DNA of 64,000 nucleotides, from IMG/VR virus record IMGVR_UViG_3300023202_000247, positions 124,001 through 188,000 of that record. One strand, 5' to 3'. Position 1 is the stretch's first letter, and each line of letters begins with the position of its first letter. Shown piece after piece: positions 59,546 through 64,000 of the stretch. The translations under genes and the position numbers were made by a program. The notes beneath the pieces are model-generated. The model had not been told where the DNA came from, made no database searches, and saw nothing but the letters and a program-made list of their open reading frames with translations.

Positions 59546-60292
59546 ATGCCCGACTTAAAAACTCTATTGGACACATTGTCCATGATAGCTAGAGATGAGG
59601 GACTTTCTATCCCTTACATAGTCGGTGGTGTGCCTAGAGACAAGGTACTCGGAGTAGCTGAAAGAATTGATGATGTAGATTTGACCACTGGTGATGGCAC
59701 CATTCATACTTTGGCAAGCATATTTAACAGAAGAATACCAGATTCATATTTAAAAGTTATGAATGATGGTCACTCTCAGGTAACAGTTGATGACTATAAG
59801 TTTGACTTTTCTTCTAACTTTAGAAGTCCAGGAATAAAGCAAGCACTGCAAAAAGCTGGATTAAAAAATCCAAGTGAGATATTGATGGAGTTATTGAGTC
59901 GTGATTTCACAGTAAATGCTTTGCTCATGACACTAGATTTGAAAAGTATCAAAGACCTTACTGGTCGTGCTATACCGGATATAGAAAAGAAACTATTGAG
60001 AACATGTTTGCCACCACATGTGACATTTGGTGATGATAAAAAGAGAATAATTAGAATTTTATATGTTGCCGCTAAACTTGGATTAACAGTTAATGGTGAC
60101 ATAGTTGAATGGGTGCGTAAAAACCCTCAAAAAATAGCAGAAGTAAAACCTCAGTACTTGAAGCAAAAATTGCAACAAGCATTGGATTATGATTTTGACA
60201 GAACCATAGGTTTGATTAACGATATGAATTTGTGGGATTATATTCCTATTACAGAGGATCTTTTGCCTTACTTTACGTCGAGGCAATTATGA
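59546..60292 (+). CDS. cca: class II tRNA nucleotidyltransferase (CCA-adding/poly(A) polymerase family), compact
   Basis: IVGGVPRD, DVD, SRDFTVNAL, D.TG...DI, FGDDKKRIIR. Confidence 0.85.
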   Translation: MPDLKTLLDTLSMIARDEGLSIPYIVGGVPRDKVLGVAERIDDVDLTTGDGTIHTLASIFNRRIPDSYLKVMNDGHSQVTVDDYKFDFSSNFRSPGIKQALQKAGLKNPSEILMELLSRDFTVNALLMTLDLKSIKDLTGRAIPDIEKKLLRTCLPPHVTFGDDKKRIIRILYVAAKLGLTVNGDIVEWVRKNPQKIAEVKPQYLKQKLQQALDYDFDRTIGLINDMNLWDYIPITEDLLPYFTSRQL

Positions 60293-60912
60293 GTAGTACA
60301 AAAATACAAAAGGCGCTCGAAAGCGGTAAAAGAGTTACGATAGTTGAATCAGCTAGAGGTCCACTCAACTCAGAGTACGAGTCATCCAATGTAAAGCGCC
60401 AGGTTCCTAGTGGAATGACTCGTGTTGACATGGATGTACGTCCAATTGGCAATAGTGATGCTATTTTCAAAAATTATGATTATGCCGGCGAAGATGCTCC
60501 AGGTCCAAATAAACCAAGTTTGGGTATGTATTCTAAGATGAGCGAATACGATAGTGCTGAACAGTATATAGAAAAAGACAGATTAGCTCGTGAAAACAGA
60601 ACTGAAAGTGACTTGAAAACGGTTTCTAAATCTAAAAAGAAAAAAGATAAGAAGCGTGTTGATATGGACACACGTCCGTACCCCAATCCAATATTTACTA
60701 ATTATGATTATACCGATGCGGATGCTGATGAGACCTCTCCGGGTGGAGGTTTTTATCATGGTATTCCTGGCGGTGGCAAAAGCAGTGTAAAAGAATGGGT
60801 TGATGATAAACGCAAGCAAATGGAAAAAAGAAAGAAAACTTTGAGCTATTATGCTGATAAGTTAAAGAACGCCGACATTGAAGACACGATGAAGGTTTTA
60901 GGTTTGAAATGA
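60289..60912 (+). CDS. hypothetical protein with internal duplication
   Basis: RVDMD(V/T)RP...IF(K/T)NYDY occurs twice. Confidence 0.65.
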   Translation: MSSTKIQKALESGKRVTIVESARGPLNSEYESSNVKRQVPSGMTRVDMDVRPIGNSDAIFKNYDYAGEDAPGPNKPSLGMYSKMSEYDSAEQYIEKDRLARENRTESDLKTVSKSKKKKDKKRVDMDTRPYPNPIFTNYDYTDADADETSPGGGFYHGIPGGGKSSVKEWVDDKRKQMEKRKKTLSYYADKLKNADIEDTMKVLGLK

Positions 60913-61460
60913 GTAAAGGTGTTAAAAAACTTGCAGTAATTCGTGAGAATTCGGATGTAAGGTGTCCTTTTGGGTTGAGTATTCCAAAGGCTTGTCACGT
61001 TGCCGGTGAGTATGTTGATAAAATGGCTCCGCTGGAAGACCTTCCAATGGAAACCACTGAAGAAGAAAAACAGTTGGTTGCCAAAGCAAATAACAAGTTG
61101 CTATCATGGGCATTGATGCAAGATACTACAGAGATTAAAACCTGTAAATATTTATCATCATTTTTCAAAGATAAAAGCGCTGTTGATTGTAACTGGGGAG
61201 ACACGGCTGCTGGAACGCCCAACAGTGCAGCATTACTAGGCTCTCCTTTTTATTCTAGAATATTTTCTGGAGTAGGTTTAGATGGTTTATATAGTTATCC
61301 TATAGGATGGTATGCGGATTATAACATAAGTAGGAACCTATTTTATGGAATTTATTCTTTACAAGGTGGGCTCAACACTCCTGATGTTTTGATAAAAATA
61401 GCTGATTCGGTGCTTTTAAACAGCTGTTTGGAGAAAGCTCATATCAATAAAAACGGTTAA
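60909..61460 (+). CDS. hypothetical Cys-containing protein
   Basis: CPFGLSIPKAC...C...C. Confidence 0.6.
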   Translation: MSKGVKKLAVIRENSDVRCPFGLSIPKACHVAGEYVDKMAPLEDLPMETTEEEKQLVAKANNKLLSWALMQDTTEIKTCKYLSSFFKDKSAVDCNWGDTAAGTPNSAALLGSPFYSRIFSGVGLDGLYSYPIGWYADYNISRNLFYGIYSLQGGLNTPDVLIKIADSVLLNSCLEKAHINKNG

Positions 61461-61488
61461 TTACATAACTTTAATGTGAAGGTTATCA

Positions 61489-62421
61489 ATGACTTTAGAA
61501 AAGAAATCTCAATTTGGCAATGATCTCTCCGGTCTGGAAAGTATGGAGGTTTCAACTGACGCTTTGTCAGATGAAATTCTCGGTGGAGGGTATGACAACG
61601 TTTCGTTCAGTGATGATCAATCATTTGCTGATGATGACGAAAACGATTTGGATATCGAACCGGGCCACGTGGTGGTCTTCGAGCTTGATGAAATACCAGG
61701 GGCTGACGGTGAAGACATTTTTGTTTCAGAAGAAGATGATGAAATAGAGGTGTCTACTGATGAAGATAAAGATATAGAAGTTGAAGAGCCAGATGCTTGG
61801 AATTGGCAAGCAAAAGGACTGCCAAATTTTTTGGATTGGCTCTTGGAAATGATCAATGCTGTTCCAAGACACTCGGGACGAGACACTACCGGACTAGAGC
61901 GTGCAGTTTCATATTTTGAAGCTTTGGACAAAGAAATATCCAAGGCAATGAGAATGGACTATAAAGATGAAATTGATTCGGCCAAGGCCGAGGAAGCGCG
62001 TTCTCAAATTGAAAAGGGCTTGGAAAGACTGCTTGATAGGTTGGAAAAGGTTCGTTCAACGAAGTTCAAAAGAAAAAGCAAGAAAAAGGCTTGGTATGAT
62101 GTTGACGATAGTATCGTCAAAGAAGCTCAGAAATCTACAAGAATCAATGGTATTACAATAACAGTTCCATTATTTATCTCAACACTTGCTCGTACTTGTA
62201 TCAACGGAATGGTGAGCGCAGGTCATGATATTGAAGATATGTTTCAAAAGCTTGCTAAGAGATACAATTTAACTCCGAGAGAAAAGGCTGAGCTAGTTCA
62301 GCTTTTGAGAGATATGGGATATATGCATTCAACTTCTAGAGATAGAGGATTGGAGTTTAATGAAAAATTTGATCCGACATCGGAAGAAAACTTTGACTAT
62401 GCGGCCAACTACTGGGGATAA
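61489..62421 (+). CDS. hypothetical protein with very acidic N-terminus
   Basis: 310-aa ORF; KKSQ, KKAW, KEAQ. Confidence 0.6.
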   Translation: MTLEKKSQFGNDLSGLESMEVSTDALSDEILGGGYDNVSFSDDQSFADDDENDLDIEPGHVVVFELDEIPGADGEDIFVSEEDDEIEVSTDEDKDIEVEEPDAWNWQAKGLPNFLDWLLEMINAVPRHSGRDTTGLERAVSYFEALDKEISKAMRMDYKDEIDSAKAEEARSQIEKGLERLLDRLEKVRSTKFKRKSKKKAWYDVDDSIVKEAQKSTRINGITITVPLFISTLARTCINGMVSAGHDIEDMFQKLAKRYNLTPREKAELVQLLRDMGYMHSTSRDRGLEFNEKFDPTSEENFDYAANYWG

Positions 62422-62424
62422 TAA

Positions 62425-63081
62425 ATGAGTAAAGCATTAAAAATTGATGTTCCTGTAACAAGGGATAAAAATGAAATAGAAAGATCGGGAAAGCTTAGCG
62501 GTTGGCTTGCGGACTTTGCAGATCATTATAAGCAAATGGAATCGCAGCAAAAAACAGCTGTAGAAGTAAACACTGGCCCGTCTATTCAAGAGAAAATGCA
62601 TGCCATTTTGAATGGCAATTCTCGCTACAACAACGTTGAAGAGGCTGTTGCGGATTTACACGAGCGCACCGGACTGAAACAATATTTGGAAGCTAAGGCT
62701 TCTGATGTTTCAGATGCTGCTAAATATATTTTAGCAGATGATGAAGGTGGTGACGAAAAAAAAGCTGAAAGGCCGGCATTGCTAGAGCGAGTTCCTGCTA
62801 TAGAGCATTACATTCGCAACATGGTGAACAATGGAGCTAGCTTGCCGGCAATACTATTTGGAATAGCTTCAACATTTGTACAAGATGGTGTAAGCGATCA
62901 AGATATTGATGACATGGATCTTGCCAGATATATCAATCAGTTCATCATGTCCAGAGAACCATCTGAGACACCATTGGATGATCCAAACATTGGTAGAGAT
63001 GTTGGCCTCAAAGTTGATTTGCATGATGTTGATCAAAACAAAGACCCATTTGTCGGCTTGACTCCAAAAAAGGTAATGTAA
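62425..63081 (+). CDS. hypothetical protein
   Basis: 218-aa ORF before the terminase. Confidence 0.6.
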   Translation: MSKALKIDVPVTRDKNEIERSGKLSGWLADFADHYKQMESQQKTAVEVNTGPSIQEKMHAILNGNSRYNNVEEAVADLHERTGLKQYLEAKASDVSDAAKYILADDEGGDEKKAERPALLERVPAIEHYIRNMVNNGASLPAILFGIASTFVQDGVSDQDIDDMDLARYINQFIMSREPSETPLDDPNIGRDVGLKVDLHDVDQNKDPFVGLTPKKVM

Positions 63082-63112
63082 TCAATAATATGCATAATAT
63101 CAATTATTTTAT

Positions 63113-64000
63113 ATGGTTGATGTTAACATTAGTCCTTTAGATGCATTTAAAAGCAGCATTCTAAATTTAGATCCTGTTGCATTTTGCGAAAATAATTTGA
63201 CGCTTGATGGTCAACAGTTTCGTTTAACCAATAATGGTTACAAACCATTTGCTGATATTTATCGTTATATCGGCATCAAAGCTTTGGAGCCAGATGCATT
63301 GCCGGTAATTCTCGTTAAAGGCAGACAGGTGGGCGCAACTACGATGGCAGCTGCGCTTGCGTGTTATTTCATGGCCAGTAGGTTATTTGGAAATAACGGT
63401 AGGCCGCCAATGCGTGTGATTCACCTGTTTCCTACTTTGGGAATGGCAGCTGCTTATTCCAAAATGAAATTCAGCCAAATGGTTGGTTCTGCAAAGCCAG
63501 CTCCAGGTGAATTTAAAGGAAATGGTGCTCCAAAAACATATATAGAAAAAGAGCTTGATACTAGTAGCCCAGCTAATAACAACCTTCATTTCAAGAAATT
63601 TTTGGGTGATAACCAGTTGGAAATAGAAAGCACTGGTCCTGACGGAAACAGACTTCGTGGACGTACAACAGATTGTATTCTAGCTGATGAAGTTCAAGAC
63701 ATTCCACAGATAGCCCTTGGTGCTATTACCAAGACACTTACCAAGGCTCAATATGGTAAATCAGCGCAAGGTATTCAAGTTTATTTTGGAACACCAAAGC
63801 AAAAAGGTACAGCTTATTATAATATGTGGATGAAATCCACACAGCAATATTACCATTTAAAATGTGAAGAATGTGAATCTTATTTTCCGTTGTACAGACC
63901 AGATGTTGAATGGGAAAGTATATGGCTGTATGGTTACATCGTTAAATGTACCGAATGTGGACACGAGCAAGATAAGCGTGTAGCTGCTGAAAGTGGAAAG
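63113..64000 (+). CDS. terL: terminase large subunit (GpA-like), 3' truncated by the window end; not in ORF track
   Basis: open frame from ATG 63113: ILVKGRQVGATT (Walker A), RLRGRT, ILADEVQD (Walker B), FGTP, CEEC/CTEC. Confidence 0.85.
   Translation, partial: MVDVNISPLDAFKSSILNLDPVAFCENNLTLDGQQFRLTNNGYKPFADIYRYIGIKALEPDALPVILVKGRQVGATTMAAALACYFMASRLFGNNGRPPMRVIHLFPTLGMAAAYSKMKFSQMVGSAKPAPGEFKGNGAPKTYIEKELDTSSPANNNLHFKKFLGDNQLEIESTGPDGNRLRGRTTDCILADEVQDIPQIALGAITKTLTKAQYGKSAQGIQVYFGTPKQKGTAYYNMWMKSTQQYYHLKCEECESYFPLYRPDVEWESIWLYGYIVKCTECGHEQDKRVAAESGK

Noticed and set aside
1-64000. Stop-codon reassignment (TAG/TGA recoding)
   Set aside because: Long conserved genes are intact under code 11 with high coding density, and all three stops end genes
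1-64000. tRNA/rRNA genes and the many other short minus-strand ORFs
   Set aside because: No cloverleaf/T-loop pattern recognised by eye in the few intergenic gaps (tRNAscan-SE would be decisive); the short minus ORFs overlap well-supported + strand genes

Overview
Gene-dense, AT-rich window with almost every gene on the + strand. It looks like part of a large (jumbo-type) tailed-phage genome. Evidence: a terminase large subunit begins at the right edge, preceded by a block of probable virion/morphogenesis genes (about 54-63 kb). The replication/recombination set comprises DnaE, a DnaG core, SbcCD/Mre11-Rad50, RecA-like, gp32-like SSB, RuvC-like, a Cas4/AddB-like nuclease and TopA. Host-like genes include HU/IHF x2, DksA, ClpP, FtsK, bS21, IF3-C, peptide deformylase, trigger factor, DnaJ, thioredoxin and a CCA-type nucleotidyltransferase. 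The best-supported unusual structure is a fractured dnaE. dnaE-N ends in a 101-aa Ser1 N-intein, a free-standing zinc-ribbon-repeat Vsr-like endonuclease follows, and dnaE-C starts with a 37-aa C-intein, so the polymerase must be assembled by protein trans-splicing. More speculative signals: (1) a probable leaderless late-promoter motif (AAWWW-N4-GCAT-N6-ATG), with a zinc-ribbon sigma-like protein lacking sigma4 and a separate sigma4-like protein; (2) an apparently split IF3 and a split primase; (3) a recurrent K-x-A motif in virion-region proteins, a candidate maturation-protease site. I recognised no tRNA, rRNA or CRISPR array. All homology calls are by-eye motif recognition, not database searches.
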